A DNA stretch of 64,000 nt from Crocinitomicaceae bacterium (GCA_029247685.1 JAQWKT010000013.1:10048-74047), one strand, 5' to 3'. Shown: positions 47,243-57,225, counted from the stretch's first letter. Program-made: numbers and translations. The notes: generated by a model not told the origin, from the letters alone.

Positions 47243-48173
47243 TAGTTTTAACAGATAAAGAGTTGGACATGGTGTAATAATGGATGCAGGGCACCTTTTT
47301 TTTCATAAGTTCTTTAGATTGTTCTATGCCCCATTCCTCTCCTACTTTTTCTACTTCATTATTGGTTTTGCATTTAAGAAGTTCTTTAGATAAATCTTCA
47401 GGAAAGTCAATGTGAAAAAACTTAGGCAAAAATGAAATATGATTCATTGTTTTTATTGGTTTTAAACCAGGAATAATAGGAACATTAATGCCAATTTTTT
47501 TACAAGCTTCTACAAAAGAAAAATACTTATTGTTATCAAAAAACATTTGAGTAACAATGTATTCTGCTCCAGCATCGACTTTCTTTTTTAAATACATTAA
47601 ATCAGTTTCCATGTTCATCGATTCAAAATGTTTTTCAGGGTAGCCAGCTGCTCCAACGCAAAAATTAGTTCCTTCCATTTTAACATCATCAATTAAATAA
47701 TTCCCACTATTCATTTCAGATATTTGATTAATTAATTCAGAAGCATATGAATGTCCATCTAGATGAGGTTTAAAAGAAGATTCAGTTTTAATTGGGTCTC
47801 CGCGAAGAGCCAAGACATTATCAATACCCAGAAAATTAAGGTCGATTAATGCATTTTCGGTTTCTTCATTGCTAAATCCACCACAAATAAGATGCGGAAC
47901 AGCATCAATATGGTATTTATTCATAATTGCCGCGCAAATTCCAACGGTCCCTGGTCGTTTTCTTATAGAAATTTTTTCTAGGAGACCATTCTCTTTTTCT
48001 TTATATAGGTATTCTTCTCTATGATAGGTTACATTTATAAATTTAGGTTTGAATTCCATTAATGGATCTATTCCATTAAAAATAGACTGGATGTTTGCTC
48101 CTTTTAATGGAGGTAAAATTTCAAACGAAAATAAGGTTTCAGAAGAACCTTTAAGATGATCGATAACTTTCAT
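47223..48173 (-). CDS. metF: Methylenetetrahydrofolate reductase
   Basis: FSFEILPP, VTYH, ALRGD and a MetF-like layout. The start is chosen at MKVIDHLKG. Confidence 0.88.
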   Translation of the reverse strand: MKVIDHLKGSSETLFSFEILPPLKGANIQSIFNGIDPLMEFKPKFINVTYHREEYLYKEKENGLLEKISIRKRPGTVGICAAIMNKYHIDAVPHLICGGFSNEETENALIDLNFLGIDNVLALRGDPIKTESSFKPHLDGHSYASELINQISEMNSGNYLIDDVKMEGTNFCVGAAGYPEKHFESMNMETDLMYLKKKVDAGAEYIVTQMFFDNNKYFSFVEACKKIGINVPIIPGLKPIKTMNHISFLPKFFHIDFPEDLSKELLKCKTNNEVEKVGEEWGIEQSKELMKKKVPCIHYYTMSNSLSVKTIANEIF

Positions 48174-48274
48174 ACAAAATTTAAAGAATACAAATATAGA
48201 AGAAGAATTGTTACAAGTTATCACATTTGTATAACAGAAAAATTAAATTCCTTATTTTTATGAAAAATAAAAAA

Positions 48275-49450
48275 ATGAGTAAAGCATATATTGTCAATGG
48301 GTTTAGGTCTGCAGTTGGTAAAGCAGCAAAAGGAGGTTTTCGTTTTCATCGTCCTGATGACATTGCAGCAGCAGTTATAAAGCATTTGGTAGATTCCGTC
48401 CCAAATTTAGAAAAGGAAAGGATAGACGATGTAATAGTTGGGAATGCTACCCCTGAAGCGGAGCAAGGCCTTAATATGGGGAGAATGATTTCTCTCATGG
48501 GGCTTAATACCGACAAGGTTCCAGGAATGACTGTTAATAGGTATTGTGCTTCTGGTTTGGAAACCATTGCAATTGCACAAGCAAAAATAGAAGCAGGAAT
48601 GGCCGATTGTATTATAGCTGGAGGAGCAGAGTCGATGTCTGTAATGGCAATGGGTGGATGGAGAATTGTGCCAAACTCAAAAGTTGGAAAAGAAAATCCA
48701 TCTTGGTATTGGGGCATGGGGTTAACAGCAGAAGCCGTAGCTAATCAGTATAATGTTTCTAGAGATGCTCAAGACGAGTTTTCTCTTAATTCTCATTTAA
48801 AGGCTCTTAATGCAATAAAAAATGAATCTTTTAAAGAACAAATAGTTCCGATTGAAGTGGAGCACGTTTTTTTAGATGCTACCGAAAAAAGGCAGGTAAA
48901 TAATTATGTGGTTGATACCGATGAAGGCCCACGAAAAAGTTCAAAAGAAGGTTTAGCCAAATTAAGGCCTGTTTTTGCAAATAAAGGGAGTGTTACTGCC
49001 GGAAATTCAAGTCAAACATCCGATGGAGCGGCATTTGTTCTGGTAATGTCAGAAAAAATGATGAAAGAGCTTAGCCTGGAGCCAATGGCGCGCCTTAAAT
49101 CTTATGCAGTAGCAGGTGTTGAACCCAGAATTATGGGAATAGGTCCAGTTGCAGCGATTCCAAAAGCATTGAAAAAAGCAGGATTAACTCAAGAGGATAT
49201 TAATTTAATAGAATTAAATGAGGCTTTTGCCTCTCAATCTTTAGCTGTTATAAAAGAAGCTAATATTAATCCAGAAATAACCAATGTAAATGGGGGAGCG
49301 ATTGCTCTTGGTCATCCACTAGGATGTACAGGCGCAAAACTATCTGTTCAGATAATGAATGAGCTTAAAAAAAGAAATCAAAAGTATGGAATGGTAACCA
49401 TGTGTGTGGGTACTGGTCAAGGAGCTGCAGGGATTATAGAGATGATGTAA
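48275..49450 (+). CDS. Acetyl-CoA C-acetyltransferase (thiolase)
   Basis: NRYCASGLE (active Cys), GNSSQTSDGAA, NGGAIALGHPLGCTGA and CVGTGQG. The start is chosen at MSKAYIV. Confidence 0.93.
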   Translation: MSKAYIVNGFRSAVGKAAKGGFRFHRPDDIAAAVIKHLVDSVPNLEKERIDDVIVGNATPEAEQGLNMGRMISLMGLNTDKVPGMTVNRYCASGLETIAIAQAKIEAGMADCIIAGGAESMSVMAMGGWRIVPNSKVGKENPSWYWGMGLTAEAVANQYNVSRDAQDEFSLNSHLKALNAIKNESFKEQIVPIEVEHVFLDATEKRQVNNYVVDTDEGPRKSSKEGLAKLRPVFANKGSVTAGNSSQTSDGAAFVLVMSEKMMKELSLEPMARLKSYAVAGVEPRIMGIGPVAAIPKALKKAGLTQEDINLIELNEAFASQSLAVIKEANINPEITNVNGGAIALGHPLGCTGAKLSVQIMNELKKRNQKYGMVTMCVGTGQGAAGIIEMM

Positions 49451-49465
49451 CAAGCTTGTATAAAC

Positions 49466-50242
49466 TCAAATATCTCTTTTGTTAAAGATTGTTTTTGTTA
49501 TAACAATAAATAAAATGATGTAAACAATAGAAATTAAAGCATTTTTCCATTCCATGTGATAAACAATGTTTGGAATTTCTAATTTATCTATTGTTTCAGA
49601 ATTATCTTTAAGTGGACTAAAAAGAAGATTGTCAAAAATCTCAAGAGGAAGAAATTTCTTTATTTCAAATTCCTTAAGTAAACTCCAATATAAAATAGGC
49701 TCAACGCATAAATAATAAAGAAGAAAAATACCTAATGATAACCCTGTTTTTTTTAAAAGAAAACAAATGAGTTGCACAAAAGTCAGGATTCCAAATAGAT
49801 ATAAAAAATAACCAAGAACAAAACTAAACTGTTCCCCAAAAAACTCGTTGTAGTGTCCTTTCGAAAAACCTAGAATTAGGCAAAGAAAGATAAGATAAAG
49901 AGTGAAAACAGTAGAGAGAATAAAAATGCTAATAAGTTTAGATAAAATAAATTCATTTTTGCTCATTCCGTCAATAATGTGTTGTCGGCTCGTTTTGTTA
50001 CTGAATTCACTGGAGGTATTTATTATTGAAATAATGGCTGGAAAAATAACAAGAAAACCAAGCATATAAGTTGCCGTTAACCAAATCATTGGAAACTGCA
50101 AAGTTTCTTTATCTATGTATGTTTTTACACCAGAAGATTTATAAACTAAAAAAACAGAAATTAAAGCATAAAGAAAGCCAATCACCAAGATGGCTCTGTT
50201 TTTTCTTAATTTGAGTAATTCTATTTGAAATAAACGCTTCAT
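49466..50242 (-). CDS. ABC-2 type transporter permease
   Basis: 258 aa with six hydrophobic segments. It lies immediately downstream of, and abuts, the ABC ATPase gene. Confidence 0.65.
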   Translation of the reverse strand: MKRLFQIELLKLRKNRAILVIGFLYALISVFLVYKSSGVKTYIDKETLQFPMIWLTATYMLGFLVIFPAIISIINTSSEFSNKTSRQHIIDGMSKNEFILSKLISIFILSTVFTLYLIFLCLILGFSKGHYNEFFGEQFSFVLGYFLYLFGILTFVQLICFLLKKTGLSLGIFLLYYLCVEPILYWSLLKEFEIKKFLPLEIFDNLLFSPLKDNSETIDKLEIPNIVYHMEWKNALISIVYIILFIVITKTIFNKRDI

Positions 50243-51123
50243 TATTTTGTTTTTTCTAGGAAAAATTCTTCAAGATTTTTTTTTCGTGGAATAAAATGAT
50301 TAACAACTACACCTTGCTTTATTAAATATTTATTAAGCTCAATAGGCTTAGTGTTTTCAGAAAGTTTTATAACTAAAACAGCACCTTCTTTTTTGCAATT
50401 AAGTGTATCGGAAAATGAGAGGCAATCTTTTTCAAGAGAGTCCATGTTCTCTGAAGACAATTCCACCAAATTTTCTGAAACAACAAGCTCGCTAACACTG
50501 CCTTCAGTAATTTTTTTTCCCTTTTGTATCACACAAACATGAGAACAGACTTTTTCAACTTCATCAAGCGCATGACTTGCCAAAAGTATAGTAACTCCTT
50601 GTTTAGAAATACTTTTGATTAAGTTTCTTATTTCAACAATTCCTTTGGGGTCAAGTCCATTTGTGGGTTCGTCTAAAACTAGAACTTCTGGCTTTCCAAG
50701 AAGCGCGGCACCTATGGCAAGTCGTTGTTTCATGCCTAAAGAATAAGTTTTAAACTTATCAAAAATCCGATCGCTTAAGCCTACTAGTTCCGCAACTCGA
50801 TGAATATCATCTGTTGGCACTTGTTTAATTTTACAAGTTATGCTTAGATTATCCCAAGCATTTAAATTTGGATAAAAGTTAGGGGTTTCAAGAAGCGCAC
50901 CAATTTTTTTTCTATCAGAAGAAGCGTTTGTAGAGGAAAACCATGAATATTTCCCAGAGGTAGCGTTAGTTACGCCAAGTAAAATGCCAAGAGTAGTAGT
51001 TTTACCACTACCATTTGGTCCTAAAACGCCATAGACAACTCCTTTTTCAACTTCAATAGAAAGTCGATTTAAGGCAATTAAGTTAGAATATTTTTTAAAA
51101 AGGGAGTCTGTGTTTAAAATCAT
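50242..51123 (-). CDS. ABC transporter ATP-binding protein
   Basis: Walker A GPNGSGKTT, signature YSLGMKQRL and Walker B LVLDEPTNGLD. The start is chosen at MILNTDSL. The ORF extends to 51150. Confidence 0.9.
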   Translation of the reverse strand: MILNTDSLFKKYSNLIALNRLSIEVEKGVVYGVLGPNGSGKTTTLGILLGVTNATSGKYSWFSSTNASSDRKKIGALLETPNFYPNLNAWDNLSITCKIKQVPTDDIHRVAELVGLSDRIFDKFKTYSLGMKQRLAIGAALLGKPEVLVLDEPTNGLDPKGIVEIRNLIKSISKQGVTILLASHALDEVEKVCSHVCVIQKGKKITEGSVSELVVSENLVELSSENMDSLEKDCLSFSDTLNCKKEGAVLVIKLSENTKPIELNKYLIKQGVVVNHFIPRKKNLEEFFLEKTK

Positions 51124-51124
51124 T

Positions 51125-51493
51125 TTATTGAATAAAAACAGTTTCTTCATTCACCGCTTCTGCTTCAATTTTAATAATTCCTTGCCCAATCATCCCTTGG
51201 AACTCTGCTTTAATATCCAAAACAGCAACACCAGCTTGACCGAGTTGATAAAGGTCGTTATAATTAAAAGAGGCCATTCCCGAAACATTAGTTATTGCCG
51301 TGTCAAAAACTGCAACTTGCGAGGGGATACTAGCAGTATTAGTACCATAAAGAACAACTTGAGCATCTGCAACAGGTTGGTTTTGATCATCTAAAACATA
51401 GACATTAGCAATGGTGTCTCCCTTTTTTCTACATCCGGAAGAAAAACTAAATGCAAAAATAATAAGACCGAGAAATAAACAGATTTGTTTCAT
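51125..51493 (-). CDS. Small lipoprotein, paralog A (carboxypeptidase-regulatory/prealbumin-like beta-sandwich)
   Basis: Lipobox FSSGC. The pattern NVYVLDDQNQPVADAQVVLYG ... LGQAGVAVLDI is shared with the next two genes. Confidence 0.6.
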   Translation of the reverse strand: MKQICLFLGLIIFAFSFSSGCRKKGDTIANVYVLDDQNQPVADAQVVLYGTNTASIPSQVAVFDTAITNVSGMASFNYNDLYQLGQAGVAVLDIKAEFQGMIGQGIIKIEAEAVNEETVFIQ

Positions 51494-51498
51494 TTTTT

Positions 51499-51897
51499 TT
51501 AATTTGGTAAATAAACGGTTTCAACGGATGTAGTGTGAACACGACACCTTGAGTACCCTGTGCTTTGTTTAGTATTATACTCTACTATGATATCAAAATA
51601 ACCTGTAGTGTTATCTTCTCCTGAAATAGCAAAATAATCGTCTAAATTAATCGTGGCAAAACCAGAGGAATTGGTAAATGCAGTATCGACATATTCTAAG
51701 GTAGGAGGATTGGACTGTTGGTCCCCAATGGCAATTACTCGAGCACCACTAATTAATTGGTTTGTAGCTGAACGAACAAAAACCTTTAAAATAGCAGGTT
51801 CCTTTTTTTCACATCCTAGCAGACTAAAAACAGTAACTCCTAAAATAAGTATAGGAATAAAATAATATTTTTTGTTTAAGAAATTCATTAGTGTCAA
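51499..51897 (-). CDS. Small lipoprotein, paralog B
   Basis: Lipobox SLLGC and KVFVRSATNQLISGARVIAIGD. It is collinear with paralogs A and C. Confidence 0.6.
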   Translation of the reverse strand: MTLMNFLNKKYYFIPILILGVTVFSLLGCEKKEPAILKVFVRSATNQLISGARVIAIGDQQSNPPTLEYVDTAFTNSSGFATINLDDYFAISGEDNTTGYFDIIVEYNTKQSTGYSRCRVHTTSVETVYLPN

Positions 51898-51985
51898 AAT
51901 TACAATTTTCTTTTCTTTTTTTTAATAACTATATAAACTACATACGTAAGGATTAATAAAAGGATACCTTTTTTTAATTCTTATT

Positions 51986-52378
51986 TCATAAAAATAATAT
52001 TTTCTCATTGCTTTGTTCTTCAATAACCTCAATGTATTCTTGGATAAACAGGCCGTTTTTTTCTACGGAGACACAAAGTACTCCAAATCCAGTCTGCCCA
52101 AGGTTGTAAAATCCACTTAAGTCAAACATTGCATTTCCATTTGCATTTGTTTCTGCAGAAAGCTCAATAAGCGGAAGTGCTTGTGAGCTTGCATTGGGGG
52201 AGCTATAAAGACGCACAACAGCATTGTTTACAGGCGAGTTGTTGGCATCTTTTACCAAGATTAAAACGCTAGTTGGAGCCTCTTTATTGCATGAAAAAAG
52301 GCAGCACGATAAACAAATAATAAAGATGAAATTTCTTAAATGAAACTTTTGTTTCTGTTTATCAAACCGATAATTCAT
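51986..52378 (-). CDS. Small lipoprotein, paralog C
   Basis: Lipobox CLFSC, then LILVKDANNSPVNNAVVRLYSS ... LGQTGFGVLCV. It is collinear with paralogs A and B. Confidence 0.6.
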   Translation of the reverse strand: MNYRFDKQKQKFHLRNFIFIICLSCCLFSCNKEAPTSVLILVKDANNSPVNNAVVRLYSSPNASSQALPLIELSAETNANGNAMFDLSGFYNLGQTGFGVLCVSVEKNGLFIQEYIEVIEEQSNEKILFL

Positions 52379-52466
52379 ATTTTTGCAATGAAAAGTTATT
52401 TAGATAAGTAGAACAATAAACAAACTTTAAAAGTTACACCATAGCTTTTAAAAAAGAATTAATAAA

Positions 52467-53486
52467 ATGAATTTAAGTGAATTAAAACGCGAAATACAAA
52501 GTTTTAAAATTTCATCCAAAGAAGAACTGGAGTCTTTTAGAATTCATTTTCTAGGGTCAAAAGGCATAATCAAACAGAAATATGCCGAGTTAAAAACAGT
52601 GCCAAATCTCCAAAAAAAAGAATTTGGACAAGAAATTAATTTACTTAGAAAACTTGCTGAAGAGCGGCATGATTTATTAAAGCCTCAGCTTTCAAAAACA
52701 GCTTTCCCAAAAACAGAACAAATAGATCTTTCCATGCCAGGAAATCCAATTAACATTGGATCTCACCACCCCTTGTCTATTGTTAGAAAAGAGATAATAG
52801 AGCTATTCTCCACAATTGGATTTAATGTTTCAGAAGGACCGGAGATAGAGGATGATTGGCATAATTTTTCGGCGCTTAACTTTCCTAAAGAACATCCTGC
52901 TAGAGATATGCAGGACACTTTTTTTATAAATAAATCAGCCGATGAAATAGCGCTTAGGACCCATACAAGCTCTGTTCAAGTTAGAGTAATGGAAAACTCT
53001 TCGCCTCCCATTAGAACTATTTCCCCAGGAAGAGTTTATAGAAATGAGGCAATTTCAGCGAGGGCTCATTGTTTTTTCCATCAAGTAGAGGGATTATATA
53101 TTGATAAAGGAGTTTCTTTTGCAGATCTAAAACAAACCCTTCTTTACTTTGCTCAAGAATTATTTGGATCTAAAACTAAAATAAGACTTAGGCCTTCTTA
53201 CTTCCCCTTTACAGAGCCTAGTGCTGAGGTAGATATATCTTGTACTATTTGTTCTGCAAAAGGCTGTTCTGTTTGTAAATACACTGGTTGGCTAGAGATT
53301 TTAGGATGCGGAATGGTGGATCCGAATGTTTTAGATTCATGTGGAATAGATTCTAATGTTTTTTCAGGGTTTGCTTTTGGCATGGGAATAGAAAGAATCG
53401 CCCAATTAAAATATAAAGTAAGTGATTTGCGGTTCTATTCCGAAAATGACATTCGTTTTTTAGACCAGTTTAAATCGGCTTTATAA
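52467..53486 (+). CDS. pheS: Phenylalanine--tRNA ligase alpha subunit
   Basis: HPL..V, RTHTSSVQ, FPFTEPSAEVD and GFAFGMGIERI. Confidence 0.96.
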   Translation: MNLSELKREIQSFKISSKEELESFRIHFLGSKGIIKQKYAELKTVPNLQKKEFGQEINLLRKLAEERHDLLKPQLSKTAFPKTEQIDLSMPGNPINIGSHHPLSIVRKEIIELFSTIGFNVSEGPEIEDDWHNFSALNFPKEHPARDMQDTFFINKSADEIALRTHTSSVQVRVMENSSPPIRTISPGRVYRNEAISARAHCFFHQVEGLYIDKGVSFADLKQTLLYFAQELFGSKTKIRLRPSYFPFTEPSAEVDISCTICSAKGCSVCKYTGWLEILGCGMVDPNVLDSCGIDSNVFSGFAFGMGIERIAQLKYKVSDLRFYSENDIRFLDQFKSAL

Positions 53487-53487
53487 A

Positions 53488-53856
53488 ATGAAAAAAGCGC
53501 CTTTTACTGAAAATTGGGTTTCAATTACAACAATGAAAGAGCTTGATGTCGTTTTTCAAAAAGCAAACCAAACTCCAGTGGTTTTTTTTAAACATAGCCC
53601 AAGGTGTAGTATATCTAATATGGCTTTGTTTAGACTTGATAAAAAAGAATTGTTTAAAACGATTACGTTGGTATATTATATAGATGTCATTTTAAATAGA
53701 GAGATTTCTAATGCGATTACTGAAAGAACCAATATATTTCATGAATCTCCTCAAGCGATTATTCTTTTTAAAGAAGAGGTTGTTTATGCCGAGTCCCATA
53801 CTAATATTAGGCTAGATCAAATAGTATCAGAAATAAAATCATTGAAAAAAGTATAG
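53488..53856 (+). CDS. ytxJ: YtxJ-like thioredoxin-fold protein (bacillithiol system monothiol)
   Basis: About 120 aa, with VVFFKHSPRCSIS corresponding to the YtxJ (T/S)CPIS single-Cys motif. Confidence 0.65.
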   Translation: MKKAPFTENWVSITTMKELDVVFQKANQTPVVFFKHSPRCSISNMALFRLDKKELFKTITLVYYIDVILNREISNAITERTNIFHESPQAIILFKEEVVYAESHTNIRLDQIVSEIKSLKKV

Positions 53857-53863
53857 TTTAAAA

Positions 53864-54916
53864 ATGATGAGAAAAAGTTTTTTATTGATTTTCGTGTTTT
53901 TTGCATTTTTTTCGTGTGATTCGGATGAAAAGATAGAAGAAGAAAGCCCGGTTTCTTTTTCTTTTAACAATAATATTGTGTTAAAAAAAAATCAAAAAAA
54001 AGAAATTAAAATACTTGTTAAATCAACGAAAATAAAAACCCTAGAGTTGTTATATAATGACAAGCTGCTTAATAAATGGGATTCCCCATCAAAAACGATT
54101 AATTATATTATTGAATCAGACCAAATGGCTTTAGGAACAAGGTATTTTTCACTTAGAGCAACAATGCAATCAGGAGAAATTTACGATGACAAAAGAGCAA
54201 TAACAATTTATAATTCCTTTCCCCCAATTTTAAAAAAACTGAAGGTTATTGAGGAATATCCTCATAATGATTCAAATTATACACAGGGCTTGGAGTTTTA
54301 TAAAGATGAGCTGTATGAAAGCACTGGAGATCCAGGCTCACAAGGAAAAAGCATGGTTGCTAAAATAAATTTATTAACTGGAGAAACCCTAGACAAAGCC
54401 ATGTTGGGGAGGCCTTATTTTGGAGAAGGAATAACGGCATTAAATGATACTATTTACCAGTTGACATGGAAAAGTCAAGAATGTAAAATGTATGATGCCA
54501 ATGCTCTTTCTCTTTTAAAAACATTAACGTATTCAGGAGAAGGTTGGGGAATATGTAATAATGGTAAAGAGATAATAACTTCTGACGGGACACATAAACT
54601 GTTTTTTAGAAACCCTCAAACTTTTGCAATAATTAAAACAATTGAGGTTCACACAGACAAAAGCCCTATAGGATATTTGAATGAGCTCGAATACATCAAC
54701 GGAGAAATATATGCTAATGTATATATGCAAGATGTAATTGTTGTTATAGATCCTTTAACTGGTGGCGTGAAGAAAGTATTAGATGCTAGTCAAATTGTAG
54801 AAAAAGGAAAAGGAAATGGAGAAGTCTTGAATGGGATAGCATTTAACAAGAAAACACAAAAGCTATATGTAACGGGTAAATTTTGGGCAAAAACTTTTGA
54901 AGTTAAAATCAATTAA
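53864..54916 (+). CDS. Glutaminyl-peptide cyclotransferase (beta-propeller, plant/bacterial type) with an N-terminal lipoprotein extension
   Basis: Lipobox FFSCDS. The core reads YPHN...YTQGLEF....LYESTG, ..GEGI, ..LTW and ..NELEYI.GEIYANV. Confidence 0.8.
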   Translation: MMRKSFLLIFVFFAFFSCDSDEKIEEESPVSFSFNNNIVLKKNQKKEIKILVKSTKIKTLELLYNDKLLNKWDSPSKTINYIIESDQMALGTRYFSLRATMQSGEIYDDKRAITIYNSFPPILKKLKVIEEYPHNDSNYTQGLEFYKDELYESTGDPGSQGKSMVAKINLLTGETLDKAMLGRPYFGEGITALNDTIYQLTWKSQECKMYDANALSLLKTLTYSGEGWGICNNGKEIITSDGTHKLFFRNPQTFAIIKTIEVHTDKSPIGYLNELEYINGEIYANVYMQDVIVVIDPLTGGVKKVLDASQIVEKGKGNGEVLNGIAFNKKTQKLYVTGKFWAKTFEVKIN

Positions 54917-55017
54917 TTTGCATTTAAAAGATGCAGAAAACCATGCCCTTCCACCTCTTTGCCAGAAATGCCAACCCCTTTATACTTATAGAAGTAGATC
55001 CCTTCTTCTGCTTCTGA

Positions 55018-57195
55018 TCAATTATTTTGATTTTTCCCATTCCATGCCGGTTCATCATTAATAAGGTCAGTGCTATTTTTTTCATAGACAACATTTCCCC
55101 ACCGGTTTAGAATGGTCAATTCTAAAGAGATCAAATTTTCCCAGCTTAATGTATAAGCATCATTGGAGTTGTCTCCATTAGGGGTAAAAACATTAGGGGC
55201 TTTAATAATTGGTTCTGGTTGTATGCAAGAGCCATCATCAAAACTAGCATTTGGATCAAAGTTAAGGGCTCCAGGATCTGTGCAACCACATATTTCAACA
55301 TCAATTGGAATAAGAAGTGTGTCAGGGCAATTCCCATTTTGAGAAGCAATTACTTGCACATTAAAAATCGTCGCATTTGGACTAGTAAAAAGATGTGTAA
55401 TAGCACTTGTGTCTTGACTGTTTTGTGTGTTTCCGTCATTAAAATCCCATTCAAAAGTAGTAGCATTAGAACTGGAGTTAACAAAAACGACATCTAGTGG
55501 AGAACAGCCATTGTTGGGAATTGCTAAAACGGATGCTTGTGGAGAATCAAGTAGGTCTATAAAAGCACTGTCACTTTCAGAACAAATATCATCTTCTATT
55601 GTAAAATAATACCATCCTGATGAAAGGTTTTGCCATACAGATGCATTAATAAAACTGGAACTATTTGCTCCTGGACCCGACCAAGTATACAATGGTGCTC
55701 CACTTACTCCAGAAACAAAAGCAGAAACAGCTCCAGAAGGCACGCATGAGGAAGGAATTGATGAAATGGAGTCTACATTTAGGATTTGATTCATGGTTAT
55801 TGTAACCGTGTCTAGTTGAGAAAAACCGCAAAAATCGGTTGCTGTAACAAAATAATCAACAGTCCCGTTTTGATTAATGGACCCAAAAATACTATCTCCA
55901 ACTTCTCCCGTGTTCCAAACATAAGTATATGGTGAAAACCCACCACTAGCAGAGGCATATAATAAAACACTGTCAGAGGCGCATAAGACCAAGGTGTCAT
56001 TTTCTAGAACATTAATAATTGGCCCGTCTCCAATCCATATTGTTCCTTGGGAAATAATGGTGTCTCCACAAGGGTTAATAATTTCGACAGAAATTATTAA
56101 TGATTCAAACCCTTCATTTAAACCATCTAAAATAGGGTGCAATGTTATGTTAACAGAATCATTTCCTGGTAAAAAAACAATAGGGTTAACTATAGAGTCA
56201 TAATCTAATGAATCGGCAGTTCCTGTAATGGTATAATTGATGATTAAAGTGTCATTAAGTTGTGTTTGAGGTCGAGTAAAAATAAAATTTGCATCCGTAC
56301 ACCCTTCAATAATTGTTGTGTCTCCAGATACAGTGGCAACTGAAACAGCAACAGCATCAGAGCTAAAACTACCAGCTTCTAAAAACACTCCAGAATCATA
56401 TGATTGATCAACTACATTAGAAATAGCGAATTTTATGTGATAGGTTTGGTTGCATTGTACAGCCGCAGAAGCTTCCATTATTGTGGTAGTTCCATCATAT
56501 TGAATAGCATCTCCAAATGCAAGCCCATTGGTGTTATCCACATAAAATTGAGGAAATTGTGTTGCTCCAGGCCCTAAATTGTTTATGGTTATAGGGATAT
56601 TGGTTCCTGGGATATAAGCGATATTTTCTCCGCCATTTGGGTAGCCAGCTAGAACATGTGGTCCAGCTATCCCAGGTCCCCAAAGAAATAATCCAAAGGC
56701 ATCATTAAATGACGAAGGAGAAAACTCGGGGTATTCATCGGATCCAAAAATATATCTAAAAACGACCGAATCCCCAGCGGGAACAAAATCAAACTCTAAA
56801 ATAACGCCATTTGTTACTGTTGCATTTGCGATGGCAGACAAATGAGGGTCAATGGAAACATTTGCTGTTGGCGGAATGTTGTTTGTAGATGAGGGAGAGT
56901 TGTTAGGCCCAATAGCTCCAACACCATTTCCAGTTGATAAAAGAAGACCTGTTGGTAATGGAAAAGAGGGGTTTGTATTTGTAAACAAAGTTATATTTCC
57001 CATTGGGGTGTTAGCTAAAGCAGGGTTTCCATTAACTTTAATGTTGGTTGCGACAACTCCCATTCCTAAAAGGACATTGTCCACTAGTTGTTGTGGTGTT
57101 TGCGCCGCATTAACAGTGATGGATTGTGCTTTTATATTTTGATTAATAAGAATCAAAAAACAAATGAATAGAGAATAAAAAGAGTTTATTTTCAT
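55018..57195 (-). CDS. Large secreted adhesin-like protein: choice-of-anchor-L N-terminal domain, Ig-like repeats and a T9SS type-B C-terminal sorting domain. As it stands, the sorting domain is cut by an in-frame TGA
   Basis: It has a signal peptide and LVDNVLLGMGV..TNIKVNG (choice-of-anchor L). The C-terminal VFTPNGDNSNDAY....LTILNRWGNVVYE....WNGKNQNN is then followed by TGA. The rest of the sorting domain (SEAEEGIYFYKYKG..GHGFLHLL) continues in frame to the TAA at 54913. Confidence 0.8.
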   Translation of the reverse strand: MKINSFYSLFICFLILINQNIKAQSITVNAAQTPQQLVDNVLLGMGVVATNIKVNGNPALANTPMGNITLFTNTNPSFPLPTGLLLSTGNGVGAIGPNNSPSSTNNIPPTANVSIDPHLSAIANATVTNGVILEFDFVPAGDSVVFRYIFGSDEYPEFSPSSFNDAFGLFLWGPGIAGPHVLAGYPNGGENIAYIPGTNIPITINNLGPGATQFPQFYVDNTNGLAFGDAIQYDGTTTIMEASAAVQCNQTYHIKFAISNVVDQSYDSGVFLEAGSFSSDAVAVSVATVSGDTTIIEGCTDANFIFTRPQTQLNDTLIINYTITGTADSLDYDSIVNPIVFLPGNDSVNITLHPILDGLNEGFESLIISVEIINPCGDTIISQGTIWIGDGPIINVLENDTLVLCASDSVLLYASASGGFSPYTYVWNTGEVGDSIFGSINQNGTVDYFVTATDFCGFSQLDTVTITMNQILNVDSISSIPSSCVPSGAVSAFVSGVSGAPLYTWSGPGANSSSFINASVWQNLSSGWYYFTIEDDICSESDSAFIDLLDSPQASVLAIPNNGCSPLDVVFVNSSSNATTFEWDFNDGNTQNSQDTSAITHLFTSPNATIFNVQVIASQNGNCPDTLLIPIDVEICGCTDPGALNFDPNASFDDGSCIQPEPIIKAPNVFTPNGDNSNDAYTLSWENLISLELTILNRWGNVVYEKNSTDLINDEPAWNGKNQNN

Positions 57196-57217
57196 GGTAA
57201 GTGGTATGTAACAATTG

Positions 57218-57225
57218 CAAATATA
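57218..57225 (-). promoter_or_regulatory. -7 promoter box (TATATTTG on the minus strand) for the T9SS cargo gene
   Basis: Exact TAnnTTTG match, about 23 nt upstream of the ATG at 57195. Confidence 0.35.
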
